Of a stretch of 57,107 nt of DNA, positions 56,558 through 57,107 are shown piece by piece. The stretch covers positions 1 through 57,107 of the IMG/VR virus record IMGVR_UViG_3300017774_005323; one strand, given 5' to 3'. Every line of letters begins with the position of its first letter. Positions within the stretch are counted from its first letter, which is position 1. The position numbers were made by a program, and so were the translations under genes. Below the pieces are notes generated by a model, which saw only the letters and a program-made list of their open reading frames with translations, made no database searches and had not been told where the DNA came from. This DNA comes from a virus (taxonomy: Duplodnaviria; Caudoviricetes).

Positions 56558-57107
56558 TTGACAAGGATTCAGGTTAAAGTTTCGTTTTCGGCTGCAAAAA
56601 TATTAGGGGCCGAATGGGTAACGCTCGATTTGGGCAAGGGCTTTGTGTTCCGAAAAAGCAAGGATGTCGAAGCGCTCACAAACTTGAACGAATTGAAGGT
56701 TGAGGGCATTTTGCCTTTTTCCGTGCCACAGACGCGCAAAAATAATCTTGCATTAGATGTGCTGGGTAGTCCCGTTGTACTGGACAATGCCTACGAATAT
56801 TTAGAATGCCGGGCCTACGACAATGAAAGCCAACTACAATTTGACCGGATTTACTTTCGGAGCAAAAATGAAGATTCCGGGACGTGGGATTTAGAATTTA
56901 GACGATCTTCTTTCGAGTGGGCAGATTTAGCCAAAGCGAAAAAACTAAATACAATCGACTTAGGCAACGACACCCTAAGCGCATCGCGTGTAAGTACAAG
57001 CCGCGACAATCCAAAATACATAGACGGGGCCGTGCCTACGTTTTGGTTCGATGCTGATTATGGTGGATGGGTAGATCAGGATGAACCAGTACAATTTACA
57101 GATCCAC
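56558..57107 (+). CDS. 5' part of the tail tip/hub protein (continues at 1-2219)
   Basis: Open frame from TTG 56558 (MTRIQVKVSF...) joins ORF 48-2219 in frame. Confidence 0.75.
   Translation, partial: MTRIQVKVSFSAAKILGAEWVTLDLGKGFVFRKSKDVEALTNLNELKVEGILPFSVPQTRKNNLALDVLGSPVVLDNAYEYLECRAYDNESQLQFDRIYFRSKNEDSGTWDLEFRRSSFEWADLAKAKKLNTIDLGNDTLSASRVSTSRDNPKYIDGAVPTFWFDADYGGWVDQDEPVQFTDP
56985..57107. repeat. Terminal overlap, identical to 1-123
   Basis: Exact match. Confidence 0.97.

Noticed and set aside
56985-57107. 123-bp end repeat as a biological direct terminal repeat
   Set aside because: It falls mid-gene and the ORF is continuous across it; this is best explained as assembler overlap of a circular or permuted genome
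1-57107. Apparent scarcity of AGCT as restriction-site avoidance
   Set aside because: Only a visual impression; it needs a k-mer count against a Markov expectation

Overview
The window is a complete, circularly assembled tailed dsDNA phage genome of about 56,984 bp: positions 1-123 repeat as 56985-57107 and one ORF reads through the junction. Essentially all credible genes are on the + strand. The host is inferred to be Bacteroidota from TAnnTTTG -7 promoter elements, A-rich leaders lacking Shine-Dalgarno motifs, a DUF3127-type SSB, and signal peptides that cleave before Gln. Recognisable modules are head (S49 protease, scaffold, capsid, portal), split tail genes (tube, frameshifted chaperone, tape measure, hub, two large fibres), lysis, RecT/RecE-like recombination, lambdoid replication (initiator with iterons, DnaB) and terminase. 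No integrase or DNA polymerase was seen. Most notable: (1) nine promoters carry 1-3 CGTTnGTCGAT boxes at 21-bp period, eight at a fixed distance from the -7 element, matching LytTR-type sites, and drive small accessory genes although no phage LytTR gene is visible; (2) a DNA MTase-like gene with an FAGDS motif I overlaps a SAM decarboxylase gene, a candidate dcSAM-dependent DNA modification; (3) fibre-like proteins carry Sec signal peptides; (4) dense frame-independent CGGA(A/C)A arrays lie inside two membrane-protein genes; (5) an AAAACGC start-associated motif has a candidate antisense RNA; (6) a C4/CI-like RNA switch precedes the replication genes. All calls come from reading motifs by eye; no searches were run.
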